This document shows, one piece after another, positions 1 through 8,735 of a DNA stretch of 64,000 nucleotides; within the stretch, counting starts at the first letter, position 1; the number at the start of each line of letters is the position of its first letter. The stretch is from Terriglobales bacterium (GTDB lineage: Bacteria; Acidobacteriota; Terriglobia; Terriglobales; SCQP01): contig JBOGKW010000001.1 of NCBI GenBank assembly GCA_050746205.1, forward strand, positions 203 through 64,202. The letters run 5' to 3'. Both the position numbers and the translations under genes were made by a program. The notes under the pieces are model-generated. The model did not search any database. It worked only from the letters and a program-made list of their open reading frames with translations, and had not been told where the DNA came from.

Positions 1-432
1 AAAGATGGTGCGCCGGATCATCTGGCGCAGCGGGGCGACCGGAATCTGGGCGACGCTGCCCGTGGGGAAGGCCGGCAGGGCCGGATAGTTTTCCTGCGCC
101 ATGCCCACCATGCGGGTGTTGGCGCGGCCACAGCGAATCTGTACCCAGTGGTTCTCCATCACTTTGAGCGTGATCTCGGCATCGGGCAGCAGGCGTACAT
201 AATCCAGCAGCTTGCGGGCGGGGATGGCGCACCCACCGCTCTTTTTCACCCGAGCCAGGCAGCTGCTTTCAATCCCCAGATCCAGATCCGTCGCCGCCAA
301 ACGCAAGCGGCCCTCGCCCGCCGACTCGGCCAGAATGTTGGACAGGATCGGTATCGTCGTCTTGCGCTCCACCACGCCCTGCAGCAACAACAACTCGCGG
401 AGCAGATCGAATTTGCGAACGCTGATCTCCAT
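1..432 (-). CDS. dnaN: DNA polymerase III beta sliding clamp, N-terminal part (gene continues past the left edge)
   Basis: The reverse complement from ATG at 432-430 reads MEISVRKFDLLRELLLLQGVVERKTTIPILSNILAESAGEGRLRLAATDLDLGIESSCLARV..., a typical beta-clamp N-terminus. The ORF is open to position 1, so it is missing from the supplied track. Confidence 0.85.
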   Translation of the reverse strand, partial: MEISVRKFDLLRELLLLQGVVERKTTIPILSNILAESAGEGRLRLAATDLDLGIESSCLARVKKSGGCAIPARKLLDYVRLLPDAEITLKVMENHWVQIRCGRANTRMVGMAQENYPALPAFPTGSVAQIPVAPLRQMIRRTIF

Positions 433-534
433 GGCGCGTGGTCTCCGGTAGGCAGACGCGACGGTGGCTGGCGCCACCGACTCATTCTACCTATGTGTGT
501 GTAAAGAGCATAGCCCGTATCCGTCGCCGCCGGT

Positions 535-708
535 GCGGAAATGCGGAAAAGGCGGCGCCGGAGCCTGGTGGCGGCTGTGGCCGGGGACACTGGCGGCGGA
601 AAACACGGGGTGCGTGGCGGAGGGGGCGGAAAATCGACGCGGCCGCCAGGGAGTTTGCACCGCCGTCCACAGCTCGGGCGCTCATTTTCCGCCACCGCCT
701 GTGGAGAA
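535..708. promoter_or_regulatory. Cluster of GCGGAAA(A/T) octamers plus two DnaA-box-like sites upstream of dnaN
   Basis: GCGGAAAT is at 535-542 and GCGGAAAA at 543-550, 596-603 and 626-633, with an inverted copy at 685-692. GTCCACA lies at 665-671 and TGTGGAGAA at 700-708 (8/9 match to TGTGGATAA), and the pair forms the inverted repeat CCACAG/CTGTGG. Confidence 0.3.
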
Positions 709-832
709 TGGCGCGCCCAGCGAGCCGGCCGTCCGCGGCGACCCCGGTCGCACAGGCCAGCCCGCGCTCCTTGCCTCTACTCCTTTTGGTGGCCCTCCAG
801 CGTTGTATAGTCGAGGCGCCCAGAACGGGGCT

Positions 833-1765
833 TCAGAGCTGGGCCAGGGTTTCCTGCATCAAGTGGCGCACATGCGGGATGGGCGCTCCGGGGCCGTCGT
901 ACTCGAGGGAGTAGTGGCCGCGAAAACGCGCCGCCTTCATCACGGCCATCGAGGCGGGGAAGTTGTCGCGATAGTAATGGCCGCCCTCGCCGATGCCGTC
1001 CTTGGCATGGCAGATGTTGGTGCAATAGGGCGCGAGCTGCTTCAGCGTCGCCAAGGCGAAGGCCGCGCCCTTGGGCGCGAAGTTGCCGAAATCCGGGCAC
1101 GTGCCGGCATCGCGGCCGCCCAGGCCGCGGATGACGGCCAGGATCTGCGGCGCCGATTCCCGCCGGATGCTGTCGTCGTGGAACAGGATCCGGATGCCGT
1201 GGCGGGCGGCGTAGTCGCGGATGGGGCGCAGGTTGCGGGCGGCGATGCGGGGGTCCCAGGGCGGCCGGCCATCCAGCACGAACGTGGCGCTGGGTGAGCC
1301 CAACTGGCGGGCAATGTCCACCCACAGCCGGCCGTTGGCCAGCGCGGCGCCTGGGTCGAGGCGCGGATTGTAAATACCGCCCGGCGTATCCACGCCCATG
1401 AGGTTGACCGTCGCGGCGTGGGCCTTGCGCAAGCCCGCTTTCACCTTGGCGATGGTGGCGGCGTCCGTCGCGGCGAAGTGCTGGGGCAGGAACTCGACAT
1501 GATGGAGGCCGAAGGTGTCGGCGAGAAATTCCGGAAACTCCCACTGCTGCAGCAGTGGGTATTTCGGATCGCGATAGTCACTCATCCCCGGCGTGTCGAA
1601 GTAGGCGCGGAAGGGCCAAGAGTTGCAGGCCAGGCGGTGCACCTGGGAAGGCCGTGCGGCGGCGCGGCGGGCGAAGCCGAGGCCGGCGGCGCCGACTGCG
1701 GCCAGGCTGAGGAAATCGCGGCGGTTCATCGGAATGGGTTCTCTCCTCGTGGTTAGACATCGCAC
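833..1765 (-). CDS. Xylose isomerase-like TIM-barrel protein (sugar phosphate isomerase/epimerase family) with a Tat signal
   Basis: 310-aa ORF. It has the twin-arginine motif MNRRDFLSLAAVGAAGLG (the real start is probably this Met at 1729). The body resembles AP-endonuclease-2/xylose-isomerase-like TIM barrels. Confidence 0.8.
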   Translation of the reverse strand: MRCLTTRREPIPMNRRDFLSLAAVGAAGLGFARRAAARPSQVHRLACNSWPFRAYFDTPGMSDYRDPKYPLLQQWEFPEFLADTFGLHHVEFLPQHFAATDAATIAKVKAGLRKAHAATVNLMGVDTPGGIYNPRLDPGAALANGRLWVDIARQLGSPSATFVLDGRPPWDPRIAARNLRPIRDYAARHGIRILFHDDSIRRESAPQILAVIRGLGGRDAGTCPDFGNFAPKGAAFALATLKQLAPYCTNICHAKDGIGEGGHYYRDNFPASMAVMKAARFRGHYSLEYDGPGAPIPHVRHLMQETLAQL

Positions 1766-2664
1766 AGCGCGACGGCGCGGCGTAGCGACCGCAGCGGGTC
1801 GTCGCCGGTGGGCAGAAACTCATGCGCCACGTATCCGTCAAAATGTTCCGCCACCAGGGCGCGCATGACGCCGTCCCAGCGGACTTCCTGGCGCCCGTTC
1901 AGCTCATGCCGACCGGGAACGCCGCCGGTATGGAAATGGGCGAGGAAGGGCAGGTTGGTCCGGATCGTCCGGATCAGGTCGCCCTCCATGATCTGCATAT
2001 GGTAGATGTCGTAGAGCAGCTTGAACCGCGGCGAGTTCACGCCCCGGGCGACGCTGACACCCCAGGCGACGTGGTCGCACATGTAATCGGGGTGGTCTAT
2101 TTTGCTGTTCAGCAACTCCATGCAAATGGTCACGCCGTGATCCTCGGCGATCGGCGTCAGCCGCCGCAGTCCCTCGATGCAGTAATTGGCGCCTTCATCG
2201 TTGGGTCTCCCCTTGCGGGCGCCGGAGAAGCAGATCACGTTGGGAACGCCCAGCTTGGCGGCCAGGGGGATATTTGTCTGGAAGGCCCGCTCAATGGCCG
2301 GCAGGTTAGCGCGGCGGTTTAGGCAGTTATAAATGTCATTGGCGCCGGCATAGCCCATGGCGCAGATCAGGCCGTATTGGCGTGGCGTCGCCCACTCGTT
2401 GGGCTGAAGCAGGTCAATGGCCTTCAGGCCCATGTCGGCGCCAGCGCGGCACAGGTCGTCGAGGGCGATTTTGGGGTAGCACCAGCGGGCCACCGATTGG
2501 TGGATCCGCCCATTCACCACCACCGAGCCGGTCGCCGGAACCTCACGGCACGCGCCCACGGTGGACCCCTGCGTTCCTGGCGGCGTTTGGCCCTGCAGCG
2601 CCGGCAGGGCGGCGGCGCCAGCCAACGCCGTGCCCAGCCACTTGCGGCGGCTTACCTTGGCCAT
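1753..2664 (-). CDS. Hydroxypyruvate isomerase-like TIM-barrel protein with an N-terminal export signal
   Basis: 303-aa ORF with N-terminus MAKVSRRKWLGTALAGAAALPAL. The C-terminal part (...YDIYHMQIMEGDLIRTI...HFHTGGVPGRHEL...YVAHEF) is typical of the Hyi-like TIM-barrel family. Confidence 0.8.
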   Translation of the reverse strand: MAKVSRRKWLGTALAGAAALPALQGQTPPGTQGSTVGACREVPATGSVVVNGRIHQSVARWCYPKIALDDLCRAGADMGLKAIDLLQPNEWATPRQYGLICAMGYAGANDIYNCLNRRANLPAIERAFQTNIPLAAKLGVPNVICFSGARKGRPNDEGANYCIEGLRRLTPIAEDHGVTICMELLNSKIDHPDYMCDHVAWGVSVARGVNSPRFKLLYDIYHMQIMEGDLIRTIRTNLPFLAHFHTGGVPGRHELNGRQEVRWDGVMRALVAEHFDGYVAHEFLPTGDDPLRSLRRAVALCDV

Positions 2665-2950
2665 CGGATCCAGAGTACAACGAGAGCCGCGCGGGGCCGC
2701 TTATTTTCAGGGGCCGGGGCAGCGCGGCGCCTGGGCGGGCGCGGCCTGTCCGGAAGGCGCGGCCGAGTTGGGATGCGGAACCGCTGGGTCTAGGGAACTA
2801 CGCCGGCGGCACGGATGCGGGCTGGGAGTGGGGCAGCCGTCCCGGCTGCCGGTGGGGTGATGGCGCCAGGCTATGCGGGCGGGCCTGGCCAGCGCGCAAA
2901 TTTCCTCGGCAGCAGCCCCTCGCCCGCCCCACGGGCCAGGGCCAGTGCGC

Positions 2951-3211
2951 CTATGCCGCTTCGCGGGCGATGGCGCGGCCGGCGCTAGCGAGGCCTTGGC
3001 CGATCGCCCGCCCCGCCTTGGCAATCGAGCGCGGCCACTTGCGCAGGGCCCTCCGGCTGCGCCGCGGATAGGCCAGGATCAGCAAGCCGGCCGCCGAGGC
3101 TTGGAGATACAACGCCAGCCGACGGTGCCCCCTGCGCCGGAGCACAATGCTGGAGGCGACCGCGTGGATAACGTTGCCCATCACGATGGCATCTTTGCGC
3201 GCGCAGGGCAT
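2951..3211 (-). CDS. Hypothetical small membrane protein
   Basis: 86-aa ORF with strongly GC-biased third codon positions and one hydrophobic segment (LALYLQASAAGLLILAY). I recognised no family. Confidence 0.35.
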   Translation of the reverse strand: MPCARKDAIVMGNVIHAVASSIVLRRRGHRRLALYLQASAAGLLILAYPRRSRRALRKWPRSIAKAGRAIGQGLASAGRAIAREAA

Positions 3212-3321
3212 GGCGGCTTAGAGATTGGCGCTTCCCGCGGTGTTGCCTCGGGGCGTTTCCGGGCCGGATCCCGCATCGGCCGGAGGGGCTGACGGCCCGC
3301 GCGCTAGGCCCTATCCTGGGC

Positions 3322-3663
3322 TTGCGGGCGATGCCAAGGGGGACCAAAGAGGGAGGTTGGCGCCAAGCGTGGCGGCGGTTGCGGCGCGAGATCCGAACCT
3401 ATCGCCTGGCGCTGGCGGACCCCCGCACGCCCCGGGCGGCGAAGTGGATTCTGCGCTTCGTCTTGGTCTATCTGCTCAGCCCGCTGGATCTAATCCCCGA
3501 CGCCATCCCGATCATCGGCTTCATAGATGACGCCATTCTGCTGCCCGGCCTGTTGCTCCTCGCCCGCCGGCTAATCCCCGTCGAGGTCCTGGCCGATTGC
3601 CGCGCGCGCGCCGCCGCAACGGAGACGGCCGGCGGCGCCGGGGCGGATACATCTGATGTATGA
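3322..3663 (+). CDS. DUF1232 (YkvA-like) membrane protein
   Basis: Contains the motif YLLSPLDLIPDAIPIIGFIDDAILLPGLL that is characteristic of DUF1232. Confidence 0.8.
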   Translation: MRAMPRGTKEGGWRQAWRRLRREIRTYRLALADPRTPRAAKWILRFVLVYLLSPLDLIPDAIPIIGFIDDAILLPGLLLLARRLIPVEVLADCRARAAATETAGGAGADTSDV

Positions 3664-3682
3664 TGTTTGATGAGGCACCCCC

Positions 3683-3913
3683 GTGCGCACCACCCTGGCC
3701 ATTGACGACGACGTTCTGCGGGCGGCGAAGGAACTGGCCCGGGTGCAGCACCGGACCCTCGGGGAGATGATTTCCGCCTTGGCGCGGGCCGCGTTGCAGC
3801 CGGCGCCCGCGCGGCGCCGGCTGCGCAACGGCGTGCCCTTACTGCCCGCCCGCCCCGGGGCCGGCCGCGTGACCTCGGAGCTGGTCCGCGACCTGCGCGA
3901 GGAGCTGCCCTGA
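3683..3913 (+). CDS. vapB: Type II antitoxin, VapB family
   Basis: The N-terminus MRTTLAIDDDVLRAAKELA is typical of VapB-type antitoxins. Its stop codon directly abuts the start of the PIN toxin gene. Confidence 0.7.
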   Translation: MRTTLAIDDDVLRAAKELARVQHRTLGEMISALARAALQPAPARRRLRNGVPLLPARPGAGRVTSELVRDLREELP

Positions 3914-4345
3914 TTGGCGTTCCTGCTGGACATCAACGTGCTGATCGCGCTGATGGATCCAGGGCATGTTTTGCACGATCGGGCGCATCGCTGGTTTGCG
4001 GCCACTGGCCGGCGGCGCTGGGCCAGTTGCCCCATGACGGAGGCCGGCGTGGTTCGGATCGTGGGCCATCCCCGCTATCCGAACTCGCCGGGTTCGCCCG
4101 CGGCCGTGGTCCCGCTCCTGTCGGGGCTGGTGGCGTTGCCGGGGCATGAATTCTGGCCGGACGATGTTTCGCTGCTGGACGGAAACCGCGTGCAGGGGCA
4201 ACGCCTGCTGCAGTCCTCGCAAGTCACCGACAGCTATCTGTTGGCCCTGGCGCGGGCGCACGGCGGCGCTTTGGCCAGCTTTGACGCCCATCTAGTAACG
4301 GCGGCGGTGCCCGGCGGCGCCGAAACGCTGCACCTGATCCCCTAA
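3914..4345 (+). CDS. vapC: Type II toxin, PIN-domain ribonuclease VapC
   Basis: PIN signatures are present: an LLDINVLIAL acidic N-terminus and ...TDSYLLALARAHGGALASFD. The TTG start follows immediately after the vapB TGA. Confidence 0.8.
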   Translation: MAFLLDINVLIALMDPGHVLHDRAHRWFAATGRRRWASCPMTEAGVVRIVGHPRYPNSPGSPAAVVPLLSGLVALPGHEFWPDDVSLLDGNRVQGQRLLQSSQVTDSYLLALARAHGGALASFDAHLVTAAVPGGAETLHLIP

Positions 4346-4358
4346 CGCGGCGCCCGCG

Positions 4359-7300
4359 CTACACCTGCAGGGTATCGCCGTCGCGGGCGAAGAGCTGGTA
4401 GAAGACCGGATAGATGAAGAAGCCCAGCAGCATGGGCATGAGCATGCCGCCGACGATAACGATGGCGAAGGGCCGCTGGCTGTCGGAGCCGATGTTGAAG
4501 GAAGTCGCGGCGGGCAGCAGGCCCAGGCAGGCCACCAGGGCGGTCATCAGAATGGGCCGGAGGCGGAGCATGGCCGCCTCGTGCGTGGCGTCGGCGATGT
4601 TCTTGCCCTCCAGGCGCAGCTGGTTGGCATAGCTGACCATGATCACGGCCATTTCGGTGGATACGCCGAGCAGGGCCAAAAAGCCGATGCCGGAGGAGAC
4701 GCTGAAGGGGGTGTGGGTGATCTTCAGCGCCCAGACGGCCCCGATCGGCTCGGTCAGCACCACGCTCAAAAAGACCGCCACTGGAAATTTGATATTGCCG
4801 TAGAGCGAGAACAGGATCAAAAAGATCAGCGCCAGCGCCAGCGGTCCAACCACGGAGAGTTGTTTTTTGGCGGCGACGTATTCGCCATATTCCCCGCCCC
4901 AGGTGACGTGGTAGCCGAACGGCAGCGGCACCTGCTGCTGCACCGCCCGCTGGGCCGCGGCGACGGCATGGGCCAGGTCGCGGCCGACCACGCTGTACTC
5001 CACGCCGATGTACCGCCGGCCGTTCTGGCGGTAGATGAAGGAGGCGCCGTTCTGTTCCTGGATGGTGGCGATCTGATCGAGCGGGATCAGGCGGCCGCCC
5101 GGATCGGCGACCGGCAGGTTGCCGATGCTCTGGGCGCTCTGCCGGTACTGGGGCTGCATGCGCACCACCAGATCAAAGAGCCTTTCGCCCTGGATGACCT
5201 GGGTCGCCGCCTCGCCGCCGACGGCGGCTTGAATGACATCCTCGGCGTCGGCAATGTTGATGCCGTAGCGCGCCGCCTTCCGCCGGTCAAGATGAATCAC
5301 CAGGCTGGGCTGGCCCAGCTCGCGGATGACCACCAGCGAGGTGAAGCCGCGCACGTGCGACAGCACCTCTTTGATCTGCAGGGCCTTTTGTTGCAGCACC
5401 TGCAGGTTGGGCCCGTAGATCTTGACCGCCAGCGCGCTCTTCAGGCCGGTCAGCGCCTCATCCACCGCGTCCTCGGCCGGCTGGGTGAAGTTGACGATCA
5501 CGCCGGGGAAGGCGGAGAGGCGTTTGCGCATGGAAGCGATCAATGCCTTTTTGTTATGCGCTGCGCTCTTTTGCCATGAGGGGTCGTTGTAGGGCCGCAG
5601 GCCGACGAAGAACTCATCGTTGAAAAAGCCGGTCGAGTCGGTGCCGTCGTCGGGGCGGGCCAGTTCGCTGCCCACGTAGGTGACCTGCGGATAGCTGCGC
5701 AGCAAGGCGCGGATCTGCGGGGAGATCCTGGCCGCCTCCCGCCAGGAGATCGAATAAGGCATGGTGGCCCGCACCCACAGCGCGCCCTCATCCAGGTGGG
5801 GCATGAACTCGCCGCCGATGGTGGGGACCACCGACACCGTGGCGGCAAAAAGAATCACCGTGCCGGCGACCATAATCCAGGGATGCCGCAGCGCCCAGCG
5901 CAGCCGGCCGGCGTAGAAGCGCTTGATCCATTCGAAGACGCGCGTGCTCTGGTCCCGGGCCCCGCCCTTGAACCAAAACGAGGTCAGCACCGGCACCAGC
6001 GTCAGGGTGATGATCAGGGCCCCGATCAGCGCGAAGACCATGGTGTCGGCCATGGGATGGAACAGCTTGCCGGAGGGGCCGGACAGGGCGTAAATGGGCA
6101 GATAGCCGGCGATGATCACCGCCACCGAATAAAAGATCGGCCGGTCCACTTCCTTGGCCGCGGAGGCGATCACCTCGAAAAGGTTGTACTGGGTGCCCTG
6201 CCGCTCACCCAGTTCGCGGAAGATGTTCTCCATCATGACCACGGTGCCGTCAATAATCACGCCGAAGTCTATGGCGCCGATGGAGAGCAGGTTGGCGCCG
6301 GTGCCCTGGGCGTGCAGCAGGATGAAGGCAAACAGCAGCGCCAGGGGGATCGTGATCGCGGTAATGATCGCCGCCCGCACGCTGACCAAGAAGAACAGCA
6401 GGACCAGGAAGACCAGAATCAAGCCGCGGGTAAGGTTGCCTTCGATGGTCCGCTTGGTAAGGTGAATCAGGCCGATGCGGTCATAGAAGGGCAGGACCTT
6501 GACGTCGGGCGGCAGCAGGCCGTGGTTGAGGCGGTGCGTCATCGCCTCAACCCGGCGCAGCACGACCTGCGTCTGGTCGCCGGTGCGCATCATGATGACG
6601 CCCTCGACGGCATCATTTTTGTTTTCGAAGCCGTACTCACCGAGCCGCGGGGCGTGGCCGATGACCACCTGGGCGATGTCCTTCACATAGACGGGCACGC
6701 CGTGATAGCTGCCGACGACGATGTTGCCGATGTCCTGCCGGTCGCGGATCAGGCCCAGACCGCGGACGTAGTAGAACTGCCCGCCGCGGGAGTAAAAACC
6801 GCCGCCGGTGTTGGCGTTGTTGGCCGCCAGGGCGGCATCCACCTGGGCCACGCTGAGCCCATAGCCATAGAGCTTGGTGGGGTCGAGCAGCACCTGATAC
6901 TGCATCACCGTGCCGCCGAAACCGCTGTCGTCGGCTACGCCGGGGATGGATTTGTAATCCCGCTCCAGGGTCCAGTCCTCAATCGTCTTCAGTTCCTGCG
7001 GCGAGCGGTCCGGGCTCTCGACCACGTAGCGGTAGATCAGGTCGCTGGGGCTGGAGTCGGGCGACATGGACGGCACCACGCCGGCCGGCAACGCGGCCTC
7101 CATCATGCGGCGGTACACGAGGTCACGGGCCCAATAGATGTCGGTGCCGTTGCGGAAGGTCAGGGTCACGTCCGACAGGCCGTAGAGCGAGATCGAACGC
7201 ATATAGACCATATGGGGCGCGCCGTTGAAGGACAGCTCAAGCGGCAACGTCACCAGCCGCTCAATCTCCTCGGCGGCGTGCCCCGGCCACTGGCTGATGA

Positions 7301-7445
7301 TCTCCACCATGGGCGGGGAGAGATCGGGATAGGCATCGAGCGGCATCTGGCGGAAGGAGATGATGCCGCCGGCGCCCACCAGCAGGGCGATCAGCACCAC
7401 CATGAAGCGCTGGCGGAGGGCGAGTTGGACTAGGCGGTGGATCAT
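4359..7445 (-). CDS. CusA/CzcA-family heavy-metal efflux RND pump
   Basis: 1028 aa, with N-terminus MIHRLVQLALRQRFMVVLIALLV...DAYPDLSPPMVEI and twelve-TM RND architecture. It is the last gene of an OMF-MFP-RND operon. Confidence 0.95.
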   Translation of the reverse strand: MIHRLVQLALRQRFMVVLIALLVGAGGIISFRQMPLDAYPDLSPPMVEIISQWPGHAAEEIERLVTLPLELSFNGAPHMVYMRSISLYGLSDVTLTFRNGTDIYWARDLVYRRMMEAALPAGVVPSMSPDSSPSDLIYRYVVESPDRSPQELKTIEDWTLERDYKSIPGVADDSGFGGTVMQYQVLLDPTKLYGYGLSVAQVDAALAANNANTGGGFYSRGGQFYYVRGLGLIRDRQDIGNIVVGSYHGVPVYVKDIAQVVIGHAPRLGEYGFENKNDAVEGVIMMRTGDQTQVVLRRVEAMTHRLNHGLLPPDVKVLPFYDRIGLIHLTKRTIEGNLTRGLILVFLVLLFFLVSVRAAIITAITIPLALLFAFILLHAQGTGANLLSIGAIDFGVIIDGTVVMMENIFRELGERQGTQYNLFEVIASAAKEVDRPIFYSVAVIIAGYLPIYALSGPSGKLFHPMADTMVFALIGALIITLTLVPVLTSFWFKGGARDQSTRVFEWIKRFYAGRLRWALRHPWIMVAGTVILFAATVSVVPTIGGEFMPHLDEGALWVRATMPYSISWREAARISPQIRALLRSYPQVTYVGSELARPDDGTDSTGFFNDEFFVGLRPYNDPSWQKSAAHNKKALIASMRKRLSAFPGVIVNFTQPAEDAVDEALTGLKSALAVKIYGPNLQVLQQKALQIKEVLSHVRGFTSLVVIRELGQPSLVIHLDRRKAARYGINIADAEDVIQAAVGGEAATQVIQGERLFDLVVRMQPQYRQSAQSIGNLPVADPGGRLIPLDQIATIQEQNGASFIYRQNGRRYIGVEYSVVGRDLAHAVAAAQRAVQQQVPLPFGYHVTWGGEYGEYVAAKKQLSVVGPLALALIFLILFSLYGNIKFPVAVFLSVVLTEPIGAVWALKITHTPFSVSSGIGFLALLGVSTEMAVIMVSYANQLRLEGKNIADATHEAAMLRLRPILMTALVACLGLLPAATSFNIGSDSQRPFAIVIVGGMLMPMLLGFFIYPVFYQLFARDGDTLQV

Positions 7446-7469
7446 CGCTGGGGAGGGCGCCGGAGAGGG

Positions 7470-8735
7470 CTAATCCTTCAATTGGCTGGCGAACTGAATG
7501 AACATCGCGCCTTGGGCCAGCACCCGCTCGCCCGCCTTCAGGCCGGCCAAGATCTGGGTTTCCCCGTTTTGACTGGCGCCGATATCCACCAACTGGCGGC
7601 GGAACTGGCCCGGCTGCGCGGTGGCGAGATAGACGAAGGGGTGGTTGACGCTGTCGCGCAGCACCGCGGCGTCGGGCACGGCGATCGCGTTGGGGATGAC
7701 CCCCGCCCGGACCTGGGCGGTGACGAACATTTGATTTTTCAGCAGGCCGCCCGGATTGGCCGTGACAATACGGGCTTGCAAGGTGCGGGACTGGGGGTCG
7801 AGGGTGGCGCCGAGGTAGGAGATGCGGCCGCGGAACACCTTGCCGGGATAGGCGTCGGTGGTGATGGCCACCGGCTGGCCCATGGCAATCATGCCCAGTT
7901 GCTGCTCATACACGTGCACCTGAACCCAGACGGTGTGCGTGTTGGAGATGGTGAAGACCTGCGTGCCGGCCGCCACCAATTCCCCCGGGGAGACGCTGCG
8001 CGCCACCACCGTGCCGGCGATCGGCGCCGCCACGGGCAGGATCGGCGACACCTGCCGTCCCACGCGAGCGAGGTCGGTGACGCCCAGCACGCGCAACGCC
8101 GCCACGGCGTTTTGCAACGCGGCCTCGGCCTGCGCCGCGGTCGCCTGCGCCTGCTCCAGGTCCTGCTGGGCGATGGCGTGATGCTCATAGAGATCTTGGG
8201 CGCGGCGCTCGTTGGTCTCCGCCAGTTGCTCCGCCGCCTGGGCGCTGAGGTAGTTGGCGCGGGCGCCGGAGTAGTCCGGGCTGCGGATTTCCAGCAGCGG
8301 CTGGCCGGCGCGGACGGCTTCGCCCGGGACCACCAGGATGCGCGTCACCGGCCCGCCCACCGGCGCCAACACCGGCGTGGTGCGGAACTGGTTGAACTCC
8401 ACCGTCCCCGGCAGTTGCAGCGTGCGCACCAACCGGCTCGGCCCGACGGTCACGATTTGCAAATGGCTCCATTGGTTGCGGGGCACATTGAACAGCGAGG
8501 GATGCACCTCGGCCGCCGCCGCAGTCGTGGTCGCGGTGTAGGCTGGCGGCGTATCCGCCTTGGCGGTGTTGTGGCCGCAGCCGGCCAGGACGAAGGGCGC
8601 CAGCACGGCCGCCCCGGCGGCCAGCGCCGCCGCCAGAGCCAGGGGCCGACCGCAGCGACCAGCGGGAGCGTCCAGAGTTGGGCGGCTGAGCTGCGCCGCC
8701 GGGCGGCGCCGCCGGGAAAATAGCTGCGATGTCAT
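7470..8735 (-). CDS. Efflux RND periplasmic adaptor (CzcB/HlyD family)
   Basis: 421 aa with a signal/lipobox region, a coiled-coil hairpin (AQDLYEHHAIAQQDLEQAQATAAQAEAALQNA) and a beta-barrel domain. It sits between the OMF and RND genes. Confidence 0.9.
   Translation of the reverse strand: MTSQLFSRRRRPAAQLSRPTLDAPAGRCGRPLALAAALAAGAAVLAPFVLAGCGHNTAKADTPPAYTATTTAAAAEVHPSLFNVPRNQWSHLQIVTVGPSRLVRTLQLPGTVEFNQFRTTPVLAPVGGPVTRILVVPGEAVRAGQPLLEIRSPDYSGARANYLSAQAAEQLAETNERRAQDLYEHHAIAQQDLEQAQATAAQAEAALQNAVAALRVLGVTDLARVGRQVSPILPVAAPIAGTVVARSVSPGELVAAGTQVFTISNTHTVWVQVHVYEQQLGMIAMGQPVAITTDAYPGKVFRGRISYLGATLDPQSRTLQARIVTANPGGLLKNQMFVTAQVRAGVIPNAIAVPDAAVLRDSVNHPFVYLATAQPGQFRRQLVDIGASQNGETQILAGLKAGERVLAQGAMFIQFASQLKD

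Noticed and set aside
5796-7433. 545-aa plus-strand ORF opposite the CzcA-type pump gene
   Set aside because: It is a shadow ORF on the antisense strand of a clearly real 1028-aa gene. Its composition is Arg/Gly/Asp/His-rich with no recognisable motifs, which is typical of high-GC genomes.
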